Assembly (NCBI GenBank): GCA_023150835.1
Contig: JAKLKB010000009.1
Span: 1 to 64,000, forward strand
Length of the DNA stretch: 64,000 nt
Origin: Myxococcota bacterium
GTDB lineage: Bacteria > Myxococcota_C > UBA6777
Reading direction: 5' to 3'
Position numbers and translations under genes: made by a program. Position 1 is the first letter of the stretch. Each line of letters starts with the position of its first letter. This document shows, piece by piece, positions 49,843 through 60,058 of this stretch. The notes under the pieces are model-generated. The model did no database searches, was not told the DNA's origin, and worked only from the letters and a program-made list of their open reading frames with translations.

Positions 49843-50029
49843 AGCCAGTTCCCACGCACGCGCAGGAAATTAAAGTGTTCCGAATCTACCACCTTCCGAA
49901 CCACCTTGCAATCTATCTACTGCTTGACAGCCGATTGCCGCAAAGCACATACATCAAACGCCGTTTTGTATGCCCTCCTCAAAAGATACGCAACCCACAC
50001 CCCCCGAACGCACACAAAGAGACCACCGC

Positions 50030-51967
50030 ATGAAGCACCGAATCCTCGGAACAGCCGGACACATCGACCACGGGAAAAGCAGCCTTGTCCACGCGCTCAC
50101 AGGCCAACGCACCGATCGCCTCCCCGAAGAACAACGCCGTGGTATCACGATCGACTTGGGCTTTGCTTCTCTTCGCGCAGAAGACGTTCACATCGGCATC
50201 GTCGATGTTCCCGGACACGAAGGCTTGATCCGTACCATGGTCGCAGGCGCCAGCGGTATGGACTTTGTGATGCTGGTAATCGCCGCCGACGAAGGGATCA
50301 TGCCCCAAACCCGCGAACACCTCGCCATCTGCGACTTTTTGGGCATCCACCACGGCTTGATCGTCCTCTCCAAAGTCGACCTCGTCGATCCCGCATGGCT
50401 CGAACTTGTCCGCTCCGAGATCCGCAGCGAACTCCAACACTCCCCGCTCCAACACGCCCCCCTCCTCGAAGTCTCCTCCACCACAGGCCAAGGCATCGAA
50501 ACGCTGCGCGAAGCGATCTTTGCCCTCGCTCGCCAACTCCCCGATCTCCCACACCAACAACCTGCAAGACTCCCCATCGACCGCGCTTTTGAACTACGCG
50601 GTCTCGGACCTGTCGTCACAGGCTCACTTCACGGCCAAGATCTGCAAGTCGGCGATACCGTGATCGTCCTCCCCCTCGCCCAACAAGGCCGCATACGCGG
50701 CCTCCATGTTCATCACCAGCCCACCACCAAAGCCCATCACGGACAACGTACCGCCGTGAACCTCCAAGGCATCCCACTCGAAGCCCTCACACGCGGACAG
50801 ATCTTGACCAACGATCTCAGCCTCCAAACCTCCCGCGAGATCGCTGTTTCCTTGCGTGCTCTTCCGCACCTGCCCAAGCCGCTCAAACATCGGGCTCCTT
50901 TGCTCTGCCACCTCGGCACCCAACAGATCGCCTGCCGTCTGTGGCTCCCACAAGCCCCTCACATCGAACCCGCACAACACGCCTTCGCTTACCTTTTGCT
51001 CGATGAACCTGTCCTTGTCCTTCCCCACGATCGCCTGATCTTGCGCGGCTTCCAGCGCTTCCCCAAACACGGCTCCACCGTCGCGGGTGGACAGATCCTC
51101 GATCCCTTCCCTCCCCGCAGAAAACGCCATCGCACCGAGCTCAGCGAACGCCTCCACACTCTTCTTCACGACCCCCTCGAACAACGCGCCGCCATGCTCA
51201 TCCAAGAAGCCCAACTCCACACCCTCTCCACACCCGCTCTCGCCCAACGCCTCGGCCTCTTCGGTCAACCCCTCGATCAACTCCTCCAACGCCTCCTCCA
51301 ACAACACACTCTGCTCCAAATCGATCACGATCCCCCTCATTTTCTCCATACCTCCACACTCCACGACACTTGCGCCCTCGCCATCCAACGCCTCCAACAA
51401 CATCACCAAGCTCACCCCCTCCACGAAGGGATGCCCCGCGAAGCCTTGCGTGAACAACTTCGCATCCCTTCCCCTCGGCTTTTTCAACTACTCCTCCAAA
51501 CTCTCCTTCAACAGGGCAAGATCGCCCCTCCCCAAGACCTTTTGCGCCTCGCCACCCACCGCCTCCAACTCAACGACGACCACGCCGATCTCGAACTCCG
51601 CTTGCTCTCCCTCTACCTCGACGCCACACTCTCACCCCCTCGCGTCCAAGATCTCCCCGCTCTCCTCCAACTCACCCCCCAACAACTCAAACCCATCCTC
51701 ACCTTGCTCCTTCGCAACAACCAACTCGTCCGTGTCTCCGAAGATCTCTACTTCCATCCCCAACCCCTCCACGATCTACAACATCGCCTGATCGCTTTTC
51801 TCCTTCAACACCACACTCTCTCCCCCCAAGACTTCAAAGAACTCACCCAAACCTCCCGTAAGTTTTCCATCCCCCTCGCCGAATACTTCGACAAACAACG
51901 CCTCACCCATCGCCAAGGCGATCAACGCATCCTTCGCGACCCCAAATCCCACAAGGCACAACCATGA
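50030..51967 (+). CDS. selB: Selenocysteine-specific elongation factor
   Basis: [42 protein letters not shown] and a C-terminal winged helix [18 protein letters not shown]. Confidence 0.95.
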   Translation: MKHRILGTAGHIDHGKSSLVHALTGQRTDRLPEEQRRGITIDLGFASLRAEDVHIGIVDVPGHEGLIRTMVAGASGMDFVMLVIAADEGIMPQTREHLAICDFLGIHHGLIVLSKVDLVDPAWLELVRSEIRSELQHSPLQHAPLLEVSSTTGQGIETLREAIFALARQLPDLPHQQPARLPIDRAFELRGLGPVVTGSLHGQDLQVGDTVIVLPLAQQGRIRGLHVHHQPTTKAHHGQRTAVNLQGIPLEALTRGQILTNDLSLQTSREIAVSLRALPHLPKPLKHRAPLLCHLGTQQIACRLWLPQAPHIEPAQHAFAYLLLDEPVLVLPHDRLILRGFQRFPKHGSTVAGGQILDPFPPRRKRHRTELSERLHTLLHDPLEQRAAMLIQEAQLHTLSTPALAQRLGLFGQPLDQLLQRLLQQHTLLQIDHDPPHFLHTSTLHDTCALAIQRLQQHHQAHPLHEGMPREALREQLRIPSPRLFQLLLQTLLQQGKIAPPQDLLRLATHRLQLNDDHADLELRLLSLYLDATLSPPRVQDLPALLQLTPQQLKPILTLLLRNNQLVRVSEDLYFHPQPLHDLQHRLIAFLLQHHTLSPQDFKELTQTSRKFSIPLAEYFDKQRLTHRQGDQRILRDPKSHKAQP

Positions 51968-52899
51968 TCACGCTCTCCCTTGCACCCTACCCCGAACTCC
52001 AACCCGCCATCTACCTCGTCCCGACTCCCATCGGCCACCTCGACGATATCACCTTGCGCGCCCTCCGCACCCTCGCCACCGTCGACCGCATCGCCGCCGA
52101 AGATACCCGCAGCGCCCGCCTCTTGCTTAACCACTTTGGCCTCCAAAAACCCCTGTCCTCCATGCACCGCGATAACGAATCCGCCCGCACCTCCGCCTTG
52201 ATCGATGCCTGCAAACAAGGCGAACGCATCGCCTACATCAGCGAAGCCGGTATGCCCGGGATATCCGACCCGGGTTATCTTCTCGTCCAAGACGCCATCC
52301 TCTCCGCTGTCCCTGTGTTCGCACTCCCCGGTCCTTCCGCCTCGATCACCGCACTTGTCGCAAGCGGCCTACCCACCGACCGCTTTCTCTTCCTCGGCTT
52401 TCTTCCCCACGCTTCCGCTCGCCGCAAACAAGCCCTTGCCCCGTTTGCTTATCTTCCCCTTTCCATCGTCCTTTACGTCTCACCACACCGCATCTCCGAT
52501 GAACTCGACGATATCCGCTCCGTCCTTGGCGACCGCCAAGCCTGCATCGCCCGCGAGATATCCAAGATCCACGAAGAATATCTACGTGGCTCCCTCTCCT
52601 CCCTCCAACTCGAACTCGCACAACGCAACCACAAACTCGGCGAGATGGTCCTGATCCTCCAAGGCGTCCCACCACAAATCGCCGCACAAGCCCACGCCAT
52701 CCTCTCAACCACCACCGACACAATGCCCCTCGACGCAGACGCTGCCCTTCAACAACACGCCCACCAACTCCTCCAAAGCAACGCACCCCTCTCCCAAATC
52801 GCCAAACAACTTTCCCACCACTGGCCGCAGATCACACGCCAACAAGCCTACGCCCTCCTCCAAACGCTCCGTCATCCCGACCAAACCAGCAATGTCTAG
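51964..52899 (+). CDS. rsmI: 16S rRNA Cm1402 2'-O-methyltransferase
   Basis: YLVPTPIGHLDDITLRAL, AAEDTR, SEAGMPGISDPG, PGPSA, FLGFLP and AREISKIHEE. Confidence 0.95.
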   Translation: MITLSLAPYPELQPAIYLVPTPIGHLDDITLRALRTLATVDRIAAEDTRSARLLLNHFGLQKPLSSMHRDNESARTSALIDACKQGERIAYISEAGMPGISDPGYLLVQDAILSAVPVFALPGPSASITALVASGLPTDRFLFLGFLPHASARRKQALAPFAYLPLSIVLYVSPHRISDELDDIRSVLGDRQACIAREISKIHEEYLRGSLSSLQLELAQRNHKLGEMVLILQGVPPQIAAQAHAILSTTTDTMPLDADAALQQHAHQLLQSNAPLSQIAKQLSHHWPQITRQQAYALLQTLRHPDQTSNV

Positions 52900-52900
52900 C

Positions 52901-53117
52901 TGTGATTGCCCTGTTCTTGGGCAGCCACGGGGGGCTGCCCCTACTGTGATCGCCCTGTTCTTGGGCAGCCACGGGGGGCTGCCCCTACTGTGATTGCCCT
53001 GTTCTTGGGCAAATGCGGGGGCTGCCCCTACTGTGATTGCCCTGTTCTTGGGCAAATGCGGGGGCTGCCCCTACTGTGATTGCCCTGTTCTTGGGCAAAT
53101 GCGGGGGCTGCCCCTAC
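52901..53117. repeat. Tandem array of five 43-44-bp REP units (GTAG-GGGCAGCC..GGCTGCCC on the minus strand)
   Basis: Units start at 52901, 52945, 52989, 53032 and 53075, with no unique spacers. Adjacent to the RAYT gene. Confidence 0.92.
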
Positions 53118-53228
53118 ATCGTTCGCTCGCAGACCCTGCGGGTTTTGTATAATCCGTGCCGTGCAAGGGCAAACGGCTCAACGATGGATTCGCGAAAGCC
53201 TGCGCTCGTCATGCGCCCTCAGGCTCGA

Positions 53229-53304
53229 TAGCCACCGAGTTCTCGATTTCGGTCGAAAGCCCATCCTAGCCACCGAGTTCTCGATTTCGGTCGAAAGCCC
53301 ATCC
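53229..53304. repeat. Exact 38-bp tandem duplication at the RAYT 3' end
   Basis: TAGCCACCGAGTTCTCGATTTCGGTCGAAAGCCCATCC occurs twice. Confidence 0.92.
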
Positions 53305-54030
53305 AATTGGGTTGTCAAGGATGTATTGCCGAATGCGAGCGAGAGATTTCTCGTCGCGGATGATGTGTTCGTAATAATTGCGTTGCCAGACCCGACCGAA
53401 GAATGGCTGCCAACCCGATTGTTTCACCCCATCGGCGTATCGTTTCGTGGTCAGGGTTTTGAACCGATGAATGACATCCGACAACGATAACGTAGGGGCA
53501 GGCCCCTGTGCCTGCCCGATTTGTGCCTGCCCGATATGCCCCGATATTGTAGGGGCAGGCCCCTGTGCCTGCCCGATTTGTGCCTGCCCGATTTGCCCCT
53601 GTGCCTGCCCGATTTGTGCCTGCCCGATTTGTGCCTGCCCGATTTGTGCCTGCCCGATCTGTGCCTGCCCGATCTGTGCCTGCCCGATTTGTGCCTGCCC
53701 GATTTGTGCCTGTGCCTGCCCGATTTGTGCCTGCCCGATGTGCCCCTGTACCTGCCCGACGAGGACGACGATCCCATGTATATGATTTGGCATGATTACG
53801 AATTCGTCGACGTCCACACCGGGATAAAACATAGGGATTTCGTCCCATACTGTTTGGATCATCCGCCCTGCATCGTTGAGCCGCATCTCCCCCTCTACCA
53901 TATCGCCGAACAGGCAGGCGAGGTCATGGGTGCAGAGAGTCACGAAATACGCCCCAGCACGGGAATAATCGTAACCTTTCAGACGAATGGATCGGCGGTG
54001 GTGTTTTTCTGGATCGTATTTCAATCGCAA
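53266..54030 (-). mobile_element. REP-associated tyrosine transposase (RAYT; IS200/IS605-like Y1 HUH)
   Basis: RRSIRLKGYDYS..AYFVTLCT, HUH motif MPNHIHGI, WQRNYYEHIIR and catalytic YILDNP, with adjacent GTAG REPs. Confidence 0.93.
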
Positions 54031-54040
54031 CTCGTCGTCT

Positions 54041-54493
54041 TCAAGAAGACGCTTTCTTTTTACGCAGCGTCTGCACAGCTTTTTTTCGAGGCTGTGCTGT
54101 AAAGTCCAGCAGCGCGCTGATGAGTTCTGAAACGGGTTCGTTTTCTTCTGCCGCCAACTTGGCCTTCGCTGCGCGAAGTAGCTTATCCGCCCCCTTTTTC
54201 ACCTCAGACATTCGCGCCTGCCGGCTCTCTTGCACTTGTTCCAACTTTTCCGCCAACCACTCTTCCGCCTCTTTGAATCCTTCGGCCTCTTCCACCAGCG
54301 CCAGCAGCTTGGCTGCGTCGATCCCTGAAACGGACAAAATCGACGGATCATCCCGCAAACGCTCGAACATGGGTCGCACAACCGCTGCATACCCCTCCCG
54401 AACTTTCGCAAAATCTTTCTTCTCTTCTGCGCTGTAATTCCGAATCCCCATATCCTTCAGATCGATCATCGTCTTGGTCTTCTTTAGTGACAC
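54041..54493 (-). CDS. Hypothetical alpha-helical protein
   Basis: AAGGAGG RBS upstream of GTG 54493, a charged helical sequence and a basic C-terminus. Confidence 0.7.
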   Translation of the reverse strand: MSLKKTKTMIDLKDMGIRNYSAEEKKDFAKVREGYAAVVRPMFERLRDDPSILSVSGIDAAKLLALVEEAEGFKEAEEWLAEKLEQVQESRQARMSEVKKGADKLLRAAKAKLAAEENEPVSELISALLDFTAQPRKKAVQTLRKKKASS

Positions 54494-54606
54494 CAAACAG
54501 CCCTCCTTATGCAACGTGATTTCATCCACCACGGCCACCAAAGCACAAACGAACCCCGCGATCAAGCATCGATCAAAATAACCACTCTCCCCCAAAGCAA
54601 TATTTG

Positions 54607-54841
54607 ATCTCTACGAAGCTCTTTTTCTTTCTGTAGAGAGCAAAATCATCTCTACGAAGCTCTTTTTCTTTCTACAGAAAGCAAAACCATCTCTACGAAG
54701 CTCTTTTTCTTTCTACAGAAAGCAAAACCATCTCTACGAAGCTCTTTTTCTTTCTGTAGAGAGCAAAATCATCTCTACGAAGCTCTTTTCCTTTCTGTAG
54801 AGAGCAAAACCATCTCTGCGGAGCTCTTTTTCTTTCTACAG
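54607..54841. repeat. 41-bp tandem repeat, ~6 copies
   Basis: ATCTCTACGAAGCTCTTTTTCTTTCT(GT/AC)AGA(G/A)AGCAAAA(T/C)C starting at 54607, 54648, 54689, 54730, 54771 and 54812. Confidence 0.95.
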
Positions 54842-56233
54842 CTCTTTCGACAAAGAGGGATTGGATGGGGTGAACACGAAGCGATCTCGGCCTTGTTGTT
54901 TGGCTTGATAGAGGGCGATATCGGCTTCTTTGAGGAGCGCCTGAAGATCGAGCGTTACGCTTTCGGGTGGGCTGATGGCTTCTGCAACGCCGATGCTACA
55001 GGTGACAGCGAGCGGGCCAGATTGTGTTTGAAAGGGAGAGATGGCGATGCTTTTTCGCAAGCGCTCTGCAACGATCTGTGCCTGTTGTGCGGTGACACCG
55101 ATCAGCAGAAGGACGAATTCTTCTCCGCCATAGCGCCCGAGGATATCCGAGTCGCGGATTGCGCGTCGGAACCTTTTTGAGGCTTCTCGGAGCACTTCAT
55201 CGCCGACGGGGTGGCCGTGTGTATCGTTGATCTTCTTAAAGTGATCGAGGTCCAGCATCATGGCATAAAACGGGCGCTCGTAAGGAAGAGGCTTGTGACA
55301 TTGCTCGCGTGCTTTGGCGAAGAATTGGCGGCGATTGTAGAGTCCTGTCAACTCATCGACGAGCGCAAGCCGTTTGAAGGCGTGAAAGCGCTCTGCTCCG
55401 TTCAAAACATCGGCGGCCTCGTGCGCAACAGAAAGTCCCCATTCCAAGCGGCTATTGTCATAAGCGGATGCGTTCGGAAAATACAGTAAAAAAAGCGCCA
55501 TACATCGGTTTTGTTGAAGGATCGGCAAGGCATACAAACAACTCGTTTTCTGGGATGCTTTGGCATCCTCGATCTCTTGAAAGCCGTCTGGCTTTTGAAA
55601 CACCATCCCACCCGAACAAAGCGAACCTGCCCGCAATAAAAAAAGCTCCTCTTCTTGGGAGATATCTGCGCTGAGCAACATCAGTTCTGTATCGCTTTCG
55701 TATCCGACGCTGTAGGTCAACCCTTCCTCTGGATCGAAAAAAAACGCATGGGAGGCGTTGCAACCAAGCGCCGCGTGCAATTCTTTCAAAAAAAACAAAA
55801 ACACTTCCTCGGGTTCGAGCGAGCTTTGGGCATCATTCCACGCATGAAGCCGCTGCAAAAACAAGGAGTGCGCTTCTTTTCGTGCGAGCGACTCTGCCAG
55901 CCGTCCGAGCAGACGAAGAGCGCATTGGCTTGCCTCATGGATCTCAAACACCGTTTTGGCGGCTGTGTGGCTTGATGTCGGCGCTGTTTTAGCGGCTGTG
56001 TGGCTTGATGTCGGCGCTGTTTTGGCGGCTTGGCTCGGCGAAAACGCTGTTGTTGGTTGAGTTTGTTGCGAATTTTGGGAGGCATCGCAAAGCGTGGCGC
56101 TGTGTTGAGCGATCTCTTCGAGGTAGTCGCGTAATTGGGCGCAAAGCAAAGAGCCTTCGCCGATCGTTTCGGAGAGGTGGGGGAGTGCGGAAAAGAAGCG
56201 GGGGTCAAAGAGCCGATTGTGTTCACCTTGCAT
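54836..56233 (-). CDS. GAF-like + GGDEF diguanylate cyclase
   Basis: DELTGLYNRR, DLDHFKKINDTHGHPVGD, RDSD I-site, RYGGEEF and ADIALYQAKQQGR. Confidence 0.93.
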   Translation of the reverse strand: MQGEHNRLFDPRFFSALPHLSETIGEGSLLCAQLRDYLEEIAQHSATLCDASQNSQQTQPTTAFSPSQAAKTAPTSSHTAAKTAPTSSHTAAKTVFEIHEASQCALRLLGRLAESLARKEAHSLFLQRLHAWNDAQSSLEPEEVFLFFLKELHAALGCNASHAFFFDPEEGLTYSVGYESDTELMLLSADISQEEELFLLRAGSLCSGGMVFQKPDGFQEIEDAKASQKTSCLYALPILQQNRCMALFLLYFPNASAYDNSRLEWGLSVAHEAADVLNGAERFHAFKRLALVDELTGLYNRRQFFAKAREQCHKPLPYERPFYAMMLDLDHFKKINDTHGHPVGDEVLREASKRFRRAIRDSDILGRYGGEEFVLLLIGVTAQQAQIVAERLRKSIAISPFQTQSGPLAVTCSIGVAEAISPPESVTLDLQALLKEADIALYQAKQQGRDRFVFTPSNPSLSKEL

Positions 56234-57905
56234 GGTGGTGGACTCCTTCGACCGTTTCAGCAACGGGGTGCTTGTTGGCAAAGCGGGGACAATCGATCAC
56301 GATGCGCGTCCCTTGGGCTGGTGTACTTTGGATGGAGATCTGCCCGCCTTGGTGCAACACAGCTTTTTGGACGGCAGACATCCCGATCCCACGCCCAGAG
56401 ATCTCTGTGGCTTCTTCGGCGGATGAAAGCCCATCTTCAAAGATCAAGGCCAGTTTTTGTTCATTGGACATTTTTGCAAGCTGCTCTTCGCGGAGGATCC
56501 CTTGAGCCAAAGCCCGCCGGCAAAGCCGCTCGATGGGGATACCGCCTCCGTCATCTTCGACCACCACGCGGTAGCGCTCGCCTGCATAAGACAAAGACAA
56601 CAGCACTCGGCCTTGCTGCGACTTCGTCCCTCTGCTTTCGGGAAACTCGATTCCGTGATCCACAGCATTTCGTAGTAAGTGCGGCAACACAAGAAATAGC
56701 GGTTGAACGGTTTCAGCATCCACCAAGAGTTCTTCGCCTTCGAGTACAAATTCGATGCGTTTGCCGAGCCTGAGAGAGAGTTTTTCAACGAACGATTGGA
56801 GGGGACCGAGTAATTCACGCGCTGGGCGTTGGACCCATTCTTCTGCGAGGTGTTTGAGGGCCTGAATGCGTGTGCCTGAGGAACGTCGGTCATCGTAAAG
56901 CGTCATCCGCATCGCTTGCATCTGTTGTTTTGAGATTTCAAACGGAGGGTCGAACTCATCGTAGTGAAGCCCGATCACACAAGCATTCTCCTCGATAAAC
57001 TCGCGCAACGACGACTCCACTCGCAAGATCTCTTGGTTTGTGATCTCTTTGGCTTCTTCGGCTGTATGCACACAAGCCACGACCTCTGCGATCCCATAAG
57101 ATGCGGCGTTTCCTTTGATCGTGTGGAGCGCCCTGCGCCGAAAGGCTTGTGTTGTCGTCGGCGACAACATCTGCGCGATCTGCTCCTTTGCGTCGGTTAA
57201 AAATTGCTCGAAGGCGTATTTTTGCCGAAGGATCGTCAACAGGGCTTGGTTACGCAGATGCCCGCGCTGGGCTTCTTCGAGTGCTGTAATATCGCTGATG
57301 GTCATCAACACGCCGTCGACTTCACCTGACACAGCGCGCAATACACGTCCTTCAATGCGCAGTATCCGCCCTCTGACTTCAAAGCGGGAGGGCAGTTGTG
57401 CCAAAGACACTTCTTCGGGGAGGATATCTTCGAACACTTGATCCATCCCGAGTAAAAAATCCGAAAACGACACGCTGTCCTCGATGCCAAGCAAAGCCCC
57501 CAAAGACTCACCCGCAGCCACGCAGCGCCCAAACAGTTCTGCACAAGACCGCGTGAAACCTTCCTTGAGACGGAGTTCTTGATCGCAGATCAAAAACCCA
57601 AACGTCACATGATCGAGGATGGCTTGGAGGGCTTGGGTGCGACGGAGAACCTCGCATTCGAGTTGCTCGTTGTAGCGTTGCAGCTCTGCCGAACGAATTT
57701 CCATCCATACGCGCCGTTGCAGGCTCTGTTCTTCGCGCTTTCTTGCGCGATCGAGTTGACGATACAGCACGCTCTCGGAGCCTTTGTTGTACATCGACTT
57801 GACTTTTTTCTTGAGCACGTCGACGGTTTTTTCGGCAGCCATCGCACGCCGCTTCCAATCGGTACTTTGTTCGGGCAGCGCCGTATGTTGTGGGTTGGTG
57901 CTCAT
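56223..57905 (-). CDS. CheA-like histidine kinase (coiled coil, PAS-like, HPt, HATPase) lacking a CheW domain
   Basis: HPt LHTIKGNA, CheA-type HLLRNAVDHGIE, EDDGGGI, IFEDGLSSA and SGRGIGM. The ORF ends soon after the ATPase domain. AGGAGG RBS and ATGA overlap with the FIST gene. Confidence 0.88.
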   Translation of the reverse strand: MSTNPQHTALPEQSTDWKRRAMAAEKTVDVLKKKVKSMYNKGSESVLYRQLDRARKREEQSLQRRVWMEIRSAELQRYNEQLECEVLRRTQALQAILDHVTFGFLICDQELRLKEGFTRSCAELFGRCVAAGESLGALLGIEDSVSFSDFLLGMDQVFEDILPEEVSLAQLPSRFEVRGRILRIEGRVLRAVSGEVDGVLMTISDITALEEAQRGHLRNQALLTILRQKYAFEQFLTDAKEQIAQMLSPTTTQAFRRRALHTIKGNAASYGIAEVVACVHTAEEAKEITNQEILRVESSLREFIEENACVIGLHYDEFDPPFEISKQQMQAMRMTLYDDRRSSGTRIQALKHLAEEWVQRPARELLGPLQSFVEKLSLRLGKRIEFVLEGEELLVDAETVQPLFLVLPHLLRNAVDHGIEFPESRGTKSQQGRVLLSLSYAGERYRVVVEDDGGGIPIERLCRRALAQGILREEQLAKMSNEQKLALIFEDGLSSAEEATEISGRGIGMSAVQKAVLHQGGQISIQSTPAQGTRIVIDCPRFANKHPVAETVEGVHHHAR

Positions 57906-59053
57906 GGACATCCCTCCTGATGCGCTCCGCGAAAAGACACCGCAACAAGCGTCTGGTTGATGTGAAGACCGTTGAGTTGCTCACCGTATGTATCGAAGGC
58001 CACCATCGCCCGAGAGATACGGCGATATGTTTCGCCGAGACTTGATTCGATTCCCTTTTGCTTCGCTTCTAACGCACGCAAAATGCAGTGAAATCCCAGC
58101 AAAAAATCGAAAGGTTCGGCATCTCTCATCGACGGCAAAAACGCCTCCCCTAGAGCAACGGGCATTTCTTTGTGTCCAGCGATATCCAAGACCATCCCCT
58201 CTTCGACAGCGCAGTAAAATTTGATGGCTCCATCTTCTGTGATCGCTTGGATGCTGCGCACGTACATCTCGCCGTCGCATTCAAAGAGGACAGGATGCAA
58301 AAAAGTGATCTCGTTTGTAACTTCTTGCGGAGACAGCCCTAATGCCGCTGCGTACGCTTCGATCGCAGGGTATCCGTCCATCTCGTACACCGTTCGCGTT
58401 TGTGGATTGGCTTGGGTGATCACCACAGAACGCGAAGTGGCTTTGAAATGTTGGTGTTTGAGAAACGCGACTTCCGCGCCGTTTTTTTCGCCAAATAGCA
58501 CGACTGCAGCGTGTTTGTGTGCGTTTCCGTTGTGGTACACAAAGGTTTCGCGAAAAGCCAGATCATCGCCCGCCGAGCCGCCTGCGATCTCGATCCCTTC
58601 GAGCGCATCGGCCAACGATGCGATCACCTTTTCCTCTTGACCAGAAAGCCCGTCCACAAACAAGAGGCAAAAATAATTTCTTGGATCGAAACTTTCTCGT
58701 TGGATCGAAAAGCCCTCAAAGAGATCCTCCACCCTCTTTTCCGCCACGTCTCGATCAAAAGCCTCCAGATCATCGATCCGTGCGGTTTGCCATCGGATGC
58801 CCGACCCGACAAGGCCCGACAACACCAAAGATCCCTGAAAATGCTCGCCGTTGAGATGTTCTCCTGCGGTAGAGCAACCCACCATCGGAGTGTGCGGAAA
58901 CCGATTGGACAAGCATCGAGCAACCCGCACAGGATCTTGTTGGGTGGAACTGAACACAAAAAGGATCTCTGGCGCTTCGGACCAGCCTTGAGTGGCTTCA
59001 ATAACCGCCTTTTCTGCATCCGTATCGAATGAAACACCTTGCAAAACGCGCAT
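57902..59053 (-). CDS. FIST N/C domain sensor (NosP-like)
   Basis: VGCSTAGE, VDGLS, AGGSAGDD, VYEMDG.PA..Y, YVRSI, CILR and DTYGEQLNGLHINQT. Confidence 0.9.
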   Translation of the reverse strand: MRVLQGVSFDTDAEKAVIEATQGWSEAPEILFVFSSTQQDPVRVARCLSNRFPHTPMVGCSTAGEHLNGEHFQGSLVLSGLVGSGIRWQTARIDDLEAFDRDVAEKRVEDLFEGFSIQRESFDPRNYFCLLFVDGLSGQEEKVIASLADALEGIEIAGGSAGDDLAFRETFVYHNGNAHKHAAVVLFGEKNGAEVAFLKHQHFKATSRSVVITQANPQTRTVYEMDGYPAIEAYAAALGLSPQEVTNEITFLHPVLFECDGEMYVRSIQAITEDGAIKFYCAVEEGMVLDIAGHKEMPVALGEAFLPSMRDAEPFDFLLGFHCILRALEAKQKGIESSLGETYRRISRAMVAFDTYGEQLNGLHINQTLVAVSFRGAHQEGCP

Positions 59054-59110
59054 GACGCTCTCCCTCGACCAGCAGGCTGAATCTTTGAAAACTCTCTAGA
59101 ATGGGACTTG

Positions 59111-59219
59111 TACGATATCCGAGTGATGTGTAGAGGAGAGTATGTAGATGCCCTGTGATTGGGCAGACACAGGGGTCTGCCCCTACATCCTTACGATCAC
59201 ACAACGGGCAGATCTCGTA
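59111..59219 (+). mobile_element. ~110-bp REP-containing MITE/REPIN-like element, copy C
   Basis: TACGATATCCG...GGGCAGACACAGGGGTCTGCCCCTAC...CAGATCTCGTA. Confidence 0.72.
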
Positions 59220-59390
59220 TTACGCATTTGGATGGTTTTGTGGGGTTTCACCCCACACCCCACGAGAGGGCCAAGCCCTCTTGACACCGTGTTGGGCGAA
59301 GAGAACACAGGTTTTTCAACACAACGGCTCTGCCGCTTGAAGCGTCGCGAACACGGCTTCTTTGCAAAACTGCGTGACGGCTGTCCTATT

Positions 59391-59915
59391 TCAAAAGAAA
59401 AGCATATCACCAGCCTCTTGTGACTCGTCTTGTGGGTCGGTTAATCGGGCAAGTTCAAGGTTTTCAGCGTACTGATAATCTACCCACACATGCAATCCCC
59501 CAGACTCACCCCAAAAGGTGTATTTTTGGATCTTGCTTTCAGTGGAGTTGGGTACGCGAAGAGACACCCCGCGCAATAAAACAGGAGAGGCGATCCACAA
59601 GGTTTGGCCGTACTTCATCAATTCGCCTTTGATTCGGCCCAACAACTGGTTCGAGATCTCGCCCAACCAATCAAACAGCATCTCTTCTTGGGGGTCTTGA
59701 TCTTGGGGGATGGGAAAGATTCGTCTCACAAAATCAATCTGCCCCAAAACTCCGAGCGTTCCGCGCAAATGTTTTCCAGAAAAACCGATGACAGCGGCTA
59801 TCTCGCCTTCGTAGTCGGGTACGGGCAATTGATTTTTTCGGACATCCATCTCTGGAAAAAGCGAGGTACAGCACGTTTTGGTGATCTCATCGAGCAATGT
59901 CGCAGTAGTTTGCAT
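59391..59915 (-). CDS. cheX: CheX-like phosphatase
   Basis: AAVIGFSG..RGTL, the ExxN motif in DWLGEISNQLLGRIK and a P..L.G motif. Confidence 0.8.
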   Translation of the reverse strand: MQTTATLLDEITKTCCTSLFPEMDVRKNQLPVPDYEGEIAAVIGFSGKHLRGTLGVLGQIDFVRRIFPIPQDQDPQEEMLFDWLGEISNQLLGRIKGELMKYGQTLWIASPVLLRGVSLRVPNSTESKIQKYTFWGESGGLHVWVDYQYAENLELARLTDPQDESQEAGDMLFF

Positions 59916-60058
59916 ACGGTTCTCCCAAGTGTGGCAAAAGCCGCTTTGTGAGGCGTGAATGGATCCGTTGAGGGGGCGCTTTGCGGAACATGGATCGGCC
60001 CGTTTGTGGCGGAAGACGGCCATCCGAACGGAGCAAGATGCGATCGGATGGCAAAGCG

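Noticed and set aside
50030-51967. A selenoprotein or selenium island around selB
   Set aside because: I saw no selA, selD or tRNA-Sec, and no convincing in-frame UGA read-through candidate nearby.
52901-53117. 43-44-bp palindromic repeats as a CRISPR array
   Set aside because: There are no spacers. The GTAG-hairpin structure and the adjacent RAYT identify them as REPs.
53471-53785. Cys-rich ORF (CACPI)n as a metallothionein or RiPP precursor
   Set aside because: It is the antisense reading of the 15-bp repeat inside the RAYT gene.
54607-54841. 41-bp repeats as a CRISPR array
   Set aside because: The units are head-to-tail with no unique spacers, and there are no cas genes in the window.
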